Below, one piece after another: positions 37,565 to 47,710 of a DNA stretch of 64,000 bases. The notes beneath the pieces were generated by a model. The model saw nothing but the letters and a program-made list of their open reading frames with translations. It searched no databases and was not told the origin of the DNA. Numbering within the stretch: position 1 is the stretch's first letter; each line of letters starts with the position of its first letter. The stretch covers positions 33,645 through 97,644 of the forward strand of contig JAGBTM010000008.1 of NCBI GenBank assembly GCA_017631325.1, written 5' to 3'. The position numbers and the translations under genes are program-made. The DNA comes from Clostridia bacterium. Lineage in GTDB: Bacteria > Bacillota > Clostridia > Oscillospirales > CAG-272.

Positions 37565-39808
37565 TTGAAGCCTATAACGAAAAAGACAACGCACAGAAGA
37601 ATAGTAGCCGTATTTATCCTTTTTGCATTCTTTGGTATATTTCTGCTTGGAAATATCCTGCGGCTTTCCTATTTTTTGTATGATTATTATCGTGAAAAGA
37701 CCTATGACCAGGTAACTACGTCGTCCACTCTTTACGCTGAGCGAGGTAGCATTTACGACTCGAATATGAATATTCTCGCGGCAAGCAGAACGGTGTGGCG
37801 AGTCTTCGTTTCGACCCGTGATATCAAGCTTTGGAAGAAGGAAAGCGGAATAGAGTACGACAGAATTATAGCATCGGGACTTGGCACGATTCTCTCGCTT
37901 GATGCAGAAGCACTTTATAACAAAATTAAAAACTCAAACGTGCTTGACGTAACAGTTAAAAAATCGGTGGGTGAGACTGAATACAAAAAGGTACTCGAAT
38001 TCATTGAGAAAAACTCACTTGAGAGGTTGATATTTACCGAAGCCTCAACAAGCAGATATTATCCCGAAAACACGCTGGCCGCTCACGTTCTCGGCTTTAC
38101 AGGCAGCGATAATCAGGGACTGTACGGCCTTGAGTATCACTACGACGAGGTGCTCTCGGGCAAGGACGGATATTACGTCTACGCAAAGGACGCAAACGGA
38201 AACGCTCTCGATACCGAATACTCGGCTTATTTCCCTGCCGAAGACGGCCAAAGCCTTGTTACGACTATAGATTCCTACATACAAAGAGAGCTGGAGGCGA
38301 TAATTGAGCAGGCGCGTGTCAACAGCGGAGCCGAAAACAGAGTCACGGGAATTGTGATGGATACAAAAACCGGAGCGATTTTGGGAATGGCCACAACCTC
38401 ACCCTTTAATCCGAACACTCCGTTCGTTCTAGACGAGCTCTCACAGGCTAAGTTAAACTCGTCGGGTCTTGCGCAAGGAAGTGCTGAATATAACGCCTAC
38501 AAGACCGAACTAATGCAGATTATGTGGTCGAACAAAGCAGTCAGCGAAACCTACGAGCCGGGCTCAACCTTTAAAATACTGACCGTATCGGCAGCTCTTG
38601 ATATGGGGGTTGTCGACCTGAATGACACCTTCAGCTGTCAGGGATACTGTGCCGTGGGCGGCTGGAAAATCAAGTGCCACAAGGCAGGTGGTCACGGCTC
38701 GGGATTTAATCTCGCATACGGACTGCAAATGTCCTGCAACCCCTGTATGATTGCGATTTCGGAGCGTATGGGCAGCGACAGCTTCTACTCCTACGTAAAC
38801 GCCTTTGGTCTGCTCGAAAAAACCGGTATAGATTTGCCAAGCGAGGCCATTAGTATATTTCATAAGCAAGAGGCGATAGGACCTACCGAGCTTGCTACGG
38901 CATCGTTCGGACAACGCTTCAAGGTTTCGGTGATTAATCAGCTTACGGCCATCGCATCGGTTGCAAACGGCGGAAATCTGATAACACCGTACGTTGTTGA
39001 TAAGATTTTAGATAGCGACGGAAACACGGTATTTCAGCACGAAACCAAGACAAGAAGGAACGTTGTTAGTACCGAGGTGGCAAACACGGTATCTAAGATA
39101 CTCGTAGAGGGTGTAAACGGCAGCGGCGGAGCAAAAAACGCGGGGGTTAGCGGATACGACATAGCGGCAAAAACAGGCACCTCTCAGAAATTCGACGTTC
39201 TTGACGAAAACGGGAACTCGTATTTGCGTATCGGCTCAACGGTAGCTTATTCCACCGACAGCGATAAGGGTGTAGCGATGATAATAGTCGTTGACGAGCC
39301 TACCTCACAGGTAAAATACGGAAGTGTAATAGCCGCCCCGTACGTTTCAAAGCTTATGGAAAAGGTTCTTCCCTATCTTGAATATCGAAAAAATTCTCCC
39401 GAGGTCAGCTTTACTGTTGAAAGCTACGTCGGTCTTACGGTTGAAAGCGCAAAAAAAAGACTTAAGGAAAGCAAAATTTCATACGAGGTGGTGGGTGAGG
39501 GCGACTTCGTTCTCGCGCAGACGCCAAACGTCGGAGAGGTTTTCACCTATCCCGTTTCTAAAATAATCCTTTACACCACGGAAGACGTACCTAGCGAAGT
39601 CTGTGTACCAAACCTTTGTTCTCTTACGCTCGCAGAGGCCATACAGACGGCAATCGACGCGGGATTTAATATAAAAATATCGGGAATGAGCGAGCTTGTG
39701 CCAAGTGCCACCGACGTCGTCTGTGAGCAATCATTACCGCCGGGCTCTATGGCACCGCGAGGCACCGTAATAACGATAAGGGCAATTAATACAAACTACG
39801 AGGACTAG
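37565..39808 (+). CDS. Class B penicillin-binding protein (FtsI/PBP2B/SpoVD-like) with C-terminal PASTA domains
   Basis: The 747-aa product starts at TTG after AAAGGAAAGAG. It has an N-terminal TM helix, SxxK (GSTFKIL), SxN (MSCNP) and KTGT (AAKTGTSQ), plus two PASTA-like repeats at the C-terminus. Confidence 0.93.
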   Translation: MKPITKKTTHRRIVAVFILFAFFGIFLLGNILRLSYFLYDYYREKTYDQVTTSSTLYAERGSIYDSNMNILAASRTVWRVFVSTRDIKLWKKESGIEYDRIIASGLGTILSLDAEALYNKIKNSNVLDVTVKKSVGETEYKKVLEFIEKNSLERLIFTEASTSRYYPENTLAAHVLGFTGSDNQGLYGLEYHYDEVLSGKDGYYVYAKDANGNALDTEYSAYFPAEDGQSLVTTIDSYIQRELEAIIEQARVNSGAENRVTGIVMDTKTGAILGMATTSPFNPNTPFVLDELSQAKLNSSGLAQGSAEYNAYKTELMQIMWSNKAVSETYEPGSTFKILTVSAALDMGVVDLNDTFSCQGYCAVGGWKIKCHKAGGHGSGFNLAYGLQMSCNPCMIAISERMGSDSFYSYVNAFGLLEKTGIDLPSEAISIFHKQEAIGPTELATASFGQRFKVSVINQLTAIASVANGGNLITPYVVDKILDSDGNTVFQHETKTRRNVVSTEVANTVSKILVEGVNGSGGAKNAGVSGYDIAAKTGTSQKFDVLDENGNSYLRIGSTVAYSTDSDKGVAMIIVVDEPTSQVKYGSVIAAPYVSKLMEKVLPYLEYRKNSPEVSFTVESYVGLTVESAKKRLKESKISYEVVGEGDFVLAQTPNVGEVFTYPVSKIILYTTEDVPSEVCVPNLCSLTLAEAIQTAIDAGFNIKISGMSELVPSATDVVCEQSLPPGSMAPRGTVITIRAINTNYED

Positions 39809-39810
39809 AT

Positions 39811-41268
39811 ATGAAGCTATCAGATTTGATTTTTGAGGACGAATATTTCTCCACGGCAGTGGATATGGAGAGTACGGTAGAAAGGCTCTGCGTCAGAGCC
39901 GAGGAATGCGACGAAGACACCCTTCTCATTATTCCGGGAGAAAATAAAAATCCATCATTATTATATAAATTGCACGCGCGCGCGATAGTTTGCGGACAAT
40001 CGGTAGAGTTGCCTGATAATCTGCCCGTCATACGCGTAAAAAATCCGCGAAGATGCTGTGCTCTTATATTTTCAAGATTTGAAAAAATCGACTATTCAAG
40101 GCTGAAAATCATCGGCATAACCGGTACGAACGGAAAAAGCAGTACTGCCGAATTTACCAGATGCGCCCTTGAAGAGAGCGGAATGAAGGTCGGCCTGATA
40201 GGTACGGGGCGTATATTGATAGACGGTGTCGTAAGCTCGGAGCAGTATTACTCAATGACCACCCCTGACCCATGGGTGCTTTACCCTACGCTAAGGAAAA
40301 TGCAAGATGCGGGCTGTGATGCCGTTGTAATGGAAGTATCAAGTCATTCTCTTTCGCTTGAAAAGGTGACGCCTATACTCTTTGATATTGCTATTTTCAC
40401 TAATCTTTCAGAGGAACATCTCGATTTTCACAAAACGGTGGAAAGCTACTATGCGGCAAAGAAAAAGCTGTTTTATCAGGCAAGACTAAGGATAATCAAC
40501 CTCGACGACTATTACGGACGGCGCTTGGCTAAGGAGCTTCCATCAAGAAGAATTACAGCGGGGGTTTTATGGCGCGGTGACGTTTTTGTAAGCAATATTA
40601 AAAACCTTGGACTTGACGGAGTACAGTATCTTTACCACGGCCAAAATTTCACCTGCAAATTAAATTTAAAGACCGCAGGTATTTTCAATATTTACAATTC
40701 TATGCTTGCCATTACTGCCGCCACAGCCCTCGGTGCTCCGCCCTGTCAGACCAAAAAAGCTCTTTCAGAGCTACCGTCTATTAAAGGAAGATTTGAAATT
40801 ATAAAAGATGAAATTACGGTAATAATAGATTATGCGCATACGGACGTTGCACTCGAGAACATTTTAAGAAGCATTTGCGACTTAAAGGCTGGCGAGCGCA
40901 AATTAACTCTTGTTTTCGGCTGTGGCGGAGAGAGAGACACGGCCAAAAGGCCGAGAATGGCAAAAATTGCCGAGACCTACGCCGACAAAATAATAGTGAC
41001 CTCTGACAATTCAAGGGGCGAGAGCACCGAGAATATAATATCCGATATAATCCGTGGATTCAGGTATAAAAAGCACGTAGTCATCGAGGACAGAAAGGAA
41101 GCCATTGAGTACGCGGTAGGCTCGGCCGACATAGATGATATAGTTGCAGTCGTCGGCAAGGGCGCCGAGGCATATAATATCGACGGATTTGGCTATCACA
41201 CATTCGACGAGCGTAAGATTATTGCCGATGCGCTTACTCTCAGACGGGAGGCGCGCTGTGCGAATTAA
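39811..41268 (+). CDS. murE: UDP-N-acetylmuramoyl-L-alanyl-D-glutamate--2,6-diaminopimelate ligase (MurE)
   Basis: The 485-aa product has GITGTNGKSST and DYAHTD. DNSR replaces the usual DNPR, but the Arg is kept. Confidence 0.94.
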   Translation: MKLSDLIFEDEYFSTAVDMESTVERLCVRAEECDEDTLLIIPGENKNPSLLYKLHARAIVCGQSVELPDNLPVIRVKNPRRCCALIFSRFEKIDYSRLKIIGITGTNGKSSTAEFTRCALEESGMKVGLIGTGRILIDGVVSSEQYYSMTTPDPWVLYPTLRKMQDAGCDAVVMEVSSHSLSLEKVTPILFDIAIFTNLSEEHLDFHKTVESYYAAKKKLFYQARLRIINLDDYYGRRLAKELPSRRITAGVLWRGDVFVSNIKNLGLDGVQYLYHGQNFTCKLNLKTAGIFNIYNSMLAITAATALGAPPCQTKKALSELPSIKGRFEIIKDEITVIIDYAHTDVALENILRSICDLKAGERKLTLVFGCGGERDTAKRPRMAKIAETYADKIIVTSDNSRGESTENIISDIIRGFRYKKHVVIEDRKEAIEYAVGSADIDDIVAVVGKGAEAYNIDGFGYHTFDERKIIADALTLRREARCAN

Positions 41269-42616
41269 ACTTGATATACCGATGTCGGTAGGCGAAATAG
41301 CTACGGCAGTTGGTGGTATATGTGAGTTAAAGCTACGAAACAAAATAATAAATTATATCACTACTGACACAGGGGAGCTTTCCTATGGGGATTTGTTCGT
41401 TGCCCTGAAGGGCAAAAAATACGATGCGAACGATTTCACCGACAAGGCTGAAAAAATAGGCGCTATCTCCCTCACCCAAAGGCGTGGCAAGGGCTACGTT
41501 ACCGTCACAAAAAGCGACGAGGCGCTTATGCTTCTTGCCAGCTACTACAAGGGATTTTTTACAAATCTAAAGCACACCGTGGCCGTTACGGGCAGCGTAG
41601 GAAAAAGTACAACCAAGGAATTTCTCTCAGTTATAGCAAGCACGCACCTTTGCGTTCACAAAAGCGAGGGAAATCACAACAACAATATCGGCCTGCCCCT
41701 GAGCATTTTATCAGCAAAAAGAGGCTGTGAAATTATGGTTTTGGAGATGGGAATGAATGCCGAGGGAGAAATTAAAAGGCTCTCCGAATGCGCCATGGCC
41801 GACATTGGAATTATAACGAATATAGGCACCTCACATATCGGAAATTTAGGCAGCAGAGAAAATATAGCACGGGCGAAGCTGGAGCTTAAATCGGCTCAAA
41901 GCATAAGCGCAATTATTGTGCCAAAGGACGAGAAGCTTTTGTATAACGCTCCGAAAAAACACACTTTCTCCACAACGGATATTACAGCAAATACTGCTGT
42001 AATCGGCAAGGAAAACGGAAGTGTAGAGATTTATTTCGACGGTAAGCATGCATTCTCATCGCACCTTGAACCAAAAGGCGAGCATTTTATTAAGTGTTTA
42101 GCGCCCGCGGTTGCCGCAGCCCGACTTATAAATATGGATTTCGGAGATATCAAAACGGGAATTTCTCAAATTTCCGATATAAATATCAGGCAGAAATTGA
42201 TTTCTGCAAAAAACTTTTACATACTCGACGACTCTTACAATGCGTCGTACGAATCAATTTCGGCCGACCTGTCACTTCTTGAGAGCCTGAATACATACGC
42301 TGCGCGCTCTGCTCTTTTGGGAACTGTTTTTGAGCTTGGCGAGCACGCAGCCGAGATGCATTACAGAATAGGCCGCCGCGCAGCAGAGGCGCATCTTGAT
42401 AGGCTCTATCTTTTCGGAGATTATTCTCACGATATGAAAAGAGGCGCTATAAATGGCGGTATGAGCTCTGAGAGAATTTTCGTAAATACCGAATTGTCTG
42501 CTCCCGAAATTACAGCTGAGGAAATCCTAAGACGCAGCGTACACTCGGAAATTATTCTCTTTAAGGCCTCAAACGCCGTAAGGCTTGATAGAATACTAAA
42601 GCTAATTTTGGCTTGA
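41258..42616 (+). CDS. murF: UDP-N-acetylmuramoyl-tripeptide--D-alanyl-D-alanine ligase (MurF)
   Basis: The product has Walker-like VTGSVGKSTTKE. I prefer the GTG at 41258 (VRIKLDIPMSVGEIA), which overlaps the murE stop by 11 nt; the ATG at 41282 is an alternative. The track start at 41144 would overlap murE by 125 nt. Confidence 0.92.
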   Translation: MRIKLDIPMSVGEIATAVGGICELKLRNKIINYITTDTGELSYGDLFVALKGKKYDANDFTDKAEKIGAISLTQRRGKGYVTVTKSDEALMLLASYYKGFFTNLKHTVAVTGSVGKSTTKEFLSVIASTHLCVHKSEGNHNNNIGLPLSILSAKRGCEIMVLEMGMNAEGEIKRLSECAMADIGIITNIGTSHIGNLGSRENIARAKLELKSAQSISAIIVPKDEKLLYNAPKKHTFSTTDITANTAVIGKENGSVEIYFDGKHAFSSHLEPKGEHFIKCLAPAVAAARLINMDFGDIKTGISQISDINIRQKLISAKNFYILDDSYNASYESISADLSLLESLNTYAARSALLGTVFELGEHAAEMHYRIGRRAAEAHLDRLYLFGDYSHDMKRGAINGGMSSERIFVNTELSAPEITAEEILRRSVHSEIILFKASNAVRLDRILKLILA

Positions 42617-42629
42617 AAGGAATACTGCT

Positions 42630-43607
42630 ATGGCTGAGTTTATACCATTAATTTTAGTGGTTTTTATAATATCCGTTATCGGTACCGTCTTGATAGAAAA
42701 CAGGCTTATTCCCTTTCTTTGCCGACGGGCTGAGCAGCCTATTTACGAGGACGGGCCGCAGTGGCATCTGAAAAAACGCGGTACGCCTACTATGGGCGGT
42801 ATTGCCTTTCTTATTGCCGTCAGTATAGCTCTAGCCTTAGGCGGTATTGTTTTGGTTTGGGGAGATATGGGCTATGAGGGAACGTCGGTTTTTTTAATTT
42901 TGGTATTCTCTGCGTTTAATTCACTGGTTGGAATAATAGACGACCTCACGAAGCTGCACAGAAAAAACAACGCAGGCCTCACGCCTGTACAAAAGCTTGT
43001 ATTTCAATTTGTTTTTGCACTTGCCTTTCTTTTTTTGCGCGAATATCTTTTCCTTGACGGAACAGAGGTTGACTTAGGCGCTACATCTCTTGATTTCGGA
43101 TTTTTATACTATCCCGTTATGGCTGTTATGATAGTCGGTATAGTTAATTTCGCAAATCTGACCGACGGTGTTGACGGCCTTGCCTCAAGCGTTGCCGTGG
43201 GCATAGGCACGTCGCTTCTTTTCATCTCGGCATCGGTTGACACGGCGCTTGTGTCAGTCGCGCTTATCGGTGGTGGCGTTGCATTTCTCTTTTTCAATAT
43301 CCACCCTGCAAAAATCTTTATGGGTGATACAGGGTCGCTCTTTTTCGGCGCTATGGTCGTATACGCTGCGTTTACGCTTGAGACGCCTATTCTTATAATC
43401 ATAATCTCCTCAGTCTACGTAATTGAGGGGCTTTCGGTAATTATACAGGTTCTTTGGTACAAGGCCACAAAAAAGCGCATATTCAAAATGGCGCCGCTTC
43501 ACCATCACCTTGAAAAATGCGGCTGGAGCGAAACGAAAATTTGCCTTTGCGCGCTGATACTCACGCTCGTTGCCTCCCTGGTAGCGTTCGGTGTATCGCT
43601 GCTGTGA
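42630..43607 (+). CDS. mraY: Phospho-N-acetylmuramoyl-pentapeptide transferase MraY
   Basis: The 325-aa polytopic product has KKRGTPTMGG, NLTDGVDGLA, GDTGSL and PLHHHLE. Confidence 0.97.
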   Translation: MAEFIPLILVVFIISVIGTVLIENRLIPFLCRRAEQPIYEDGPQWHLKKRGTPTMGGIAFLIAVSIALALGGIVLVWGDMGYEGTSVFLILVFSAFNSLVGIIDDLTKLHRKNNAGLTPVQKLVFQFVFALAFLFLREYLFLDGTEVDLGATSLDFGFLYYPVMAVMIVGIVNFANLTDGVDGLASSVAVGIGTSLLFISASVDTALVSVALIGGGVAFLFFNIHPAKIFMGDTGSLFFGAMVVYAAFTLETPILIIIISSVYVIEGLSVIIQVLWYKATKKRIFKMAPLHHHLEKCGWSETKICLCALILTLVASLVAFGVSLL

Positions 43608-43612
43608 TTATT

Positions 43613-44782
43613 ATGCATTTATTGAAAATTCCACTGAAAAATCAAAAAATCAAAAGAGGGTATATTCTAAAAAGCGGAAGAATTGACGCCATCTTTTTGC
43701 TTTCGGTAATTCTGCTTTCCCTATTCGGAACCGTTATGGTTTTCAGCGCGGGGCAGGCCTACGCTTACGCGCGCTACGGTGACGGATATTATTTTGTTAA
43801 AAAGCAAATTATCTGGCTTCTTTTAGGCTTTGCCGTTATGCACCTTGCCTCGAGAATTGATATAGACCTGTACAAAAAATACACTCCGCATCTATACGTG
43901 TTTACTCTCCTGCTGCTCATTTTGGTGCTTGTTGTAGGATTTGTCGGTAACGGTGCTCAAAGATGGATTTCCATAGGCCCACTTACGATACAGCCCTCCG
44001 AGATAGCAAAGCTATCTTTGGTTATGATGCTTGCGAGATATTTTTCGGATTACGAGGGAAAAGCAACGGAGAAAAAGAGTGGCAGGGTTGCTTTGATTTA
44101 CGGAACGCTCATTCCGTCTCTCATAATGCTCATACCGATAATCCTAGTTATGCTTCAAAAGCACCTATCCTGCATTATAATTCTCGGTGCTATCGGACTG
44201 ATTTTGATATTTACCGCGGGGGTAAATCCGAAATACATATCGATTTTTTGTGCCTTTTGCGTCGCGGCAGTAACCTATCTTGCACTCTTCACCGACTACA
44301 CCAAGGACAGAATAACCGTCTGGCAAAATCCCGAGGCGTATAAGCTCACGGGCGGTTGGCAGACACTCCAGGGCCTTATGGCAATAGGCTCCGGAGGTAT
44401 ATTCGGTGTGGGCCTTGGGAAAAGCATTCTAAAGCACTGCTACGTTTCAGAGCCTGCAAACGATATGATTTTTGCCATTCTATGCGAGGAGCTGGGCTTT
44501 GTAGGGGCAGCGGTGGCTATGCTTCTTTTTGGCTTTCTGATTTACAGAGGCACTCTGGTTGCTATACGCTCGTCTGATACCTACACGCGTCTTGTTGCTC
44601 TCGGCATTTGTATCAAAATGGGCGTTCAGGTGCTATTAAATATAGCCGTTGTAACGAATACAATTCCCAACACCGGAATATCTCTGCCTTTCTTCAGCTA
44701 TGGCGGCTCGTCACTTGTAATGCTGTTTTTTGAAATGGGTGTAATTCTCTCGATATCAAGAAAATCCTCAGTAACAAAGTAG
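43613..44782 (+). CDS. ftsW: SEDS-family peptidoglycan glycosyltransferase FtsW/SpoVE
   Basis: I place the start at the ATG at 43613 (MHLLKIPLK...), just after the mraY stop. The product is polytopic, with GAQRWI, QPSEIAKL and PFFSYGGSS motifs. Confidence 0.92.
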   Translation: MHLLKIPLKNQKIKRGYILKSGRIDAIFLLSVILLSLFGTVMVFSAGQAYAYARYGDGYYFVKKQIIWLLLGFAVMHLASRIDIDLYKKYTPHLYVFTLLLLILVLVVGFVGNGAQRWISIGPLTIQPSEIAKLSLVMMLARYFSDYEGKATEKKSGRVALIYGTLIPSLIMLIPIILVMLQKHLSCIIILGAIGLILIFTAGVNPKYISIFCAFCVAAVTYLALFTDYTKDRITVWQNPEAYKLTGGWQTLQGLMAIGSGGIFGVGLGKSILKHCYVSEPANDMIFAILCEELGFVGAAVAMLLFGFLIYRGTLVAIRSSDTYTRLVALGICIKMGVQVLLNIAVVTNTIPNTGISLPFFSYGGSSLVMLFFEMGVILSISRKSSVTK

Positions 44783-44788
44783 GTGCTT

Positions 44789-45892
44789 ATGAAAATAATA
44801 CTGACAGGCGGAGGCACGGGTGGACACGTTTTGCCCGCTGTCGCTATCGCCGAAAAAATTTACGAAAAATACCCCAATGCACAAATTCTGTTTATAGGCC
44901 GTGAGGGTGGCACGGAAAACCGCTCGGTTACCGACGCTAAAATTCCGCTAAAGGTTCTTAAGGTAATGGGAATAAAACGAAGCCTCTCGCCGAGCAATAT
45001 AAAAAGCGTATATCTTGCCCTGAGCGCCGTTGGAAAGGCCAAAAGGATAATACGGGAGTTTAAGCCCGACGCTGTGGTTGGTACTGGCGGTTACGTTTGC
45101 TGGCCTGTATTAAAGGCTGCTCACCGACTCGGTATTAAAACGTATATACACGAGTCCAACGTCTCACCGGGCCTGGTAACAAGACTGCTCAGCAGCAGCT
45201 GCGATGCGGTACTGCTCAACCATAGAGAAACGCAAAAATATCTTGACGAGGGCGTAAAGCGCTGCGTCGTTGGAAATCCACTGCGAAAATCATTCTTAAA
45301 TCTGTCAAGAGAAAAGGCGCGCCACACTCTCGGGATAGAGAAAAACGACATTTTTATAGTCTCCTTTGGCGGAAGCGGTGGCGCAAAGGAATTAAACGAT
45401 GCAGCGCTTAATCTTATGAGAATCTACTCGAGCAAAACGGCAGGAATACGCCATTTGCACTCTACAGGTCAAAAGTATTACGACGCGCTCCCAAAGGAGA
45501 TGCGCACAAACAAATCCGGTGGCACGAAAATCGTCCCCTATATCAAGAATATGCCCGAGGTACTTCTCGCATCGGATATTGTAATATGCCGCGCTGGCGC
45601 TATGACGCTTTCCGAAATTGCAGCCGCCTCAGCATGTGCAATTCTTATCCCCTCGCCCAACGTTACGGACAATCACCAATACAAAAATGCAGAGCTGCTA
45701 TCCCGCGACGGCGCTGCCATATTGCTCAAAGAGAGCGATTTGACAAACGAAAGCCTTTATGAGTGCGTGCACTCGCTAGTGGATAACGAAAAAGAGCGCA
45801 AAAAAATGTCAAAATGCATACAAAGGTTTGCAAATTTGCACTCAGCCGAGCGAATAGTAGAAATTCTTACGGCAACTTTTAAAAAACAGTAA
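44789..45892 (+). CDS. murG: Undecaprenyldiphospho-muramoylpentapeptide beta-N-acetylglucosaminyltransferase MurG
   Basis: The product begins MKIILTGGGTGGHVLPA and has the C-terminal motif CRAGAMTLSEI. I chose the ATG at 44789 over the GTG at 44783. Confidence 0.95.
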   Translation: MKIILTGGGTGGHVLPAVAIAEKIYEKYPNAQILFIGREGGTENRSVTDAKIPLKVLKVMGIKRSLSPSNIKSVYLALSAVGKAKRIIREFKPDAVVGTGGYVCWPVLKAAHRLGIKTYIHESNVSPGLVTRLLSSSCDAVLLNHRETQKYLDEGVKRCVVGNPLRKSFLNLSREKARHTLGIEKNDIFIVSFGGSGGAKELNDAALNLMRIYSSKTAGIRHLHSTGQKYYDALPKEMRTNKSGGTKIVPYIKNMPEVLLASDIVICRAGAMTLSEIAAASACAILIPSPNVTDNHQYKNAELLSRDGAAILLKESDLTNESLYECVHSLVDNEKERKKMSKCIQRFANLHSAERIVEILTATFKKQ

Positions 45893-45927
45893 AAGTCAAC
45901 TTTTATTTTCCATTTTTTGACTTTTTT
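45891..45927 (+). terminator. Weak AT-rich hairpin after murG
   Basis: AAAAGTCAA (45891-45899) pairs with TTGACTTTT (45917-45925) and is followed by TT. The stem is AT-rich, so this is weak evidence. Confidence 0.35.
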
Positions 45928-46002
45928 CATCAAAATTCTGCCCATCTTTATCTGCCATAAAATATTTTATTTGTTAAAACTTGTTCATAAATTAAAAACT
46001 TA

Positions 46003-46031
46003 TTGAAATATTTTAAAATATATGTTATAAT
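46003..46031 (+). promoter_or_regulatory. Consensus-like promoter for ftsZ
   Basis: TTGAAA (46003-46008), a 17-nt spacer, then TATAAT (46026-46031) with TGt extended -10. Confidence 0.6.
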
Positions 46032-46143
46032 TATTTCGACGAAATTGCACGCGAAAATCACGAGTTTTTTTGCGTCGCAGTCTAACAAAAGTTTAAATTT
46101 TTGAGCAAGCTTGCTCTATCACATACGACGGAGGGTTTAAAAA

Positions 46144-47370
46144 ATGGAATTTGATTTCGAACAGGTTTATGACAGTGGTGTAAACATCAAGGTAATTGGT
46201 GTCGGTGGCGGCGGAAACAACGCAGTCAACCGCATGATTTCTACTAACATTCGCGGCGTTGAGTTTATTGCTATCAACACCGACAATATGGCACTTGACA
46301 GCTCTTGCGCTGCCAAGAAGCTCGTTATAGGCGACAAGATTACTCGCGGTAAGGGTGCAGGCGCAAACCCAGAAATCGGTAAGCGTAGCGCTGAGGAATC
46401 CATTGAGGTAGTTAAAGACGCCCTTAACGGTGCAGACATGGTATTTATCACCGCAGGTATGGGCGGCGGTACCGGTACCGGTGCGGCTCCCGTTATCGCA
46501 AAGACCTCCAAGGAGATGGGTATTCTTACCGTTGGTATCGTTACCAAGCCGTTCAGCTTCGAGGGTCGCAGAAGATACGCACAGGCAGAGGCTGGTATTG
46601 CAGAGCTTTCAAAGTACGTCGACTCTCTTATCGTTATCCCCAACGAGAGACTTAAACAGGTTGAGGACAACCATATCACACTTGCAAACGCTTTTGAAAT
46701 CGCTGACGACGTTCTCCGTCGCGGCGTACAGTCGGTTTCCGAGCTTATCAACGTTCCCGGATTTATCAACCTCGACTTTGCAGACGTTACCTCGATTATG
46801 AAGAATGCAGGCTACGCTCACATGGGTGTTGGCTCGGCAAAGGGTGCGGACAAGGCTCAGGTTGCGGCTATGGAAGCTATTTCCTCCCCCCTTCTTGAGA
46901 CCAGCATTACCGGTGCTACCGGCGTTCTCGTAAGCATCACCGCTTCCGAGGATATTCAGCTCGAGGAAATCACTACGGCATCCGATATGATTCACGAGGA
47001 GGCACATCCCGATGCTAACATTATCTGGGGTGCAACCTTCGACCCCTCGCTCCAGGACGAGATGCGCGTTACCATTATTGCTACCGGCTTTGTAGTTGAG
47101 GAGGACGGCACAAGACCTCGCGCAGCTGCGGCAGTACGCGTTCCTACCCAGACCGTAGAGGAGGCTCCCGTTTCAGTAGTCGAGGAAGCTCCCGTGTCGG
47201 TTGTAGAAGAAACCGTTACAGAGGCAGCCGAGCAAGAGCGTCCCCCCGTTAGCTTTTCTCCTGTAACAAGAACCGTGGTTCAGTCCAAGAACATCACCTC
47301 TGCGGCAGATGCTAACGCAGCTTACGAGCACGTTTACAAGTTCATCTCTAGCAAGAAAAAGAAGTTCTGA
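46144..47370 (+). CDS. ftsZ: Cell division protein FtsZ
   Basis: The 408-aa product has [13 protein letters not shown] and the tubulin signature [13 protein letters not shown]. It has a C-terminal linker and a basic tail. Confidence 0.98.
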   Translation: MEFDFEQVYDSGVNIKVIGVGGGGNNAVNRMISTNIRGVEFIAINTDNMALDSSCAAKKLVIGDKITRGKGAGANPEIGKRSAEESIEVVKDALNGADMVFITAGMGGGTGTGAAPVIAKTSKEMGILTVGIVTKPFSFEGRRRYAQAEAGIAELSKYVDSLIVIPNERLKQVEDNHITLANAFEIADDVLRRGVQSVSELINVPGFINLDFADVTSIMKNAGYAHMGVGSAKGADKAQVAAMEAISSPLLETSITGATGVLVSITASEDIQLEEITTASDMIHEEAHPDANIIWGATFDPSLQDEMRVTIIATGFVVEEDGTRPRAAAAVRVPTQTVEEAPVSVVEEAPVSVVEETVTEAAEQERPPVSFSPVTRTVVQSKNITSAADANAAYEHVYKFISSKKKKF

Positions 47371-47416
47371 TACATAAAATATCAAGAATAAAAGCAAGCC
47401 TTAGGGCTTAAAAAAA

Positions 47417-47476
47417 GCAGTGAAAATCAGCGTGTTTTCCTTAACGGTTAACATATTGGTTTTTCACTGCTTTTTT
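47417..47476 (+). terminator. Intrinsic terminator after ftsZ
   Basis: GCAGTGAAAA (47417-47426) pairs perfectly with TTTTCACTGC (47461-47470) and is followed by TTTTTT. The 34-nt loop contains the palindrome TTAACGGTTAA. Confidence 0.65.
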
Positions 47477-47613
47477 CTTTTTTTCGCGAGGAATTTTACG
47501 TCTAAAATTCAGTTGTTTTCACTATGTTATTTGAAACTTTTTCACACCGAATTTTCAACAAATTTTCTCTTTTAGGATTAAAAAGCATTAAGGAATTTCA
47601 GACTTTAATTCTC

Positions 47614-47710
47614 GAAAAATTTCTTAATAAAATTTCCGCTAAAGCATTCTAAAAATCTTTAATAAAAACCACGCTCTCCAGATAGGAAAATCTTTAATAA
47701 AATTCCCGCC
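47614..47710. repeat. Three 27-nt AT-rich units at exact 35-bp spacing
   Basis: The units are gaaaaatttcttaataaaatttccgct (47614), ctaaaaatctttaataaaaaccacgct (47649) and aggaaaatctttaataaaattcccgcc (47684). Confidence 0.8.

Noticed and set aside
41144-41257. Long N-terminal extensions proposed by the ORF track: murF from 41144, ftsW from 43517, mraZ from 35339, wecB from 57480 and recD2 from 52425.
   Set aside because: The extensions overlap the preceding gene or the promoter region and are not part of the family N-termini. Internal starts with SD sequences match homolog N-termini (VRIKLD..., MHLLKIP..., MSFVGSY..., MKKIKIMTVFGTRPE..., MLDTLSG...).
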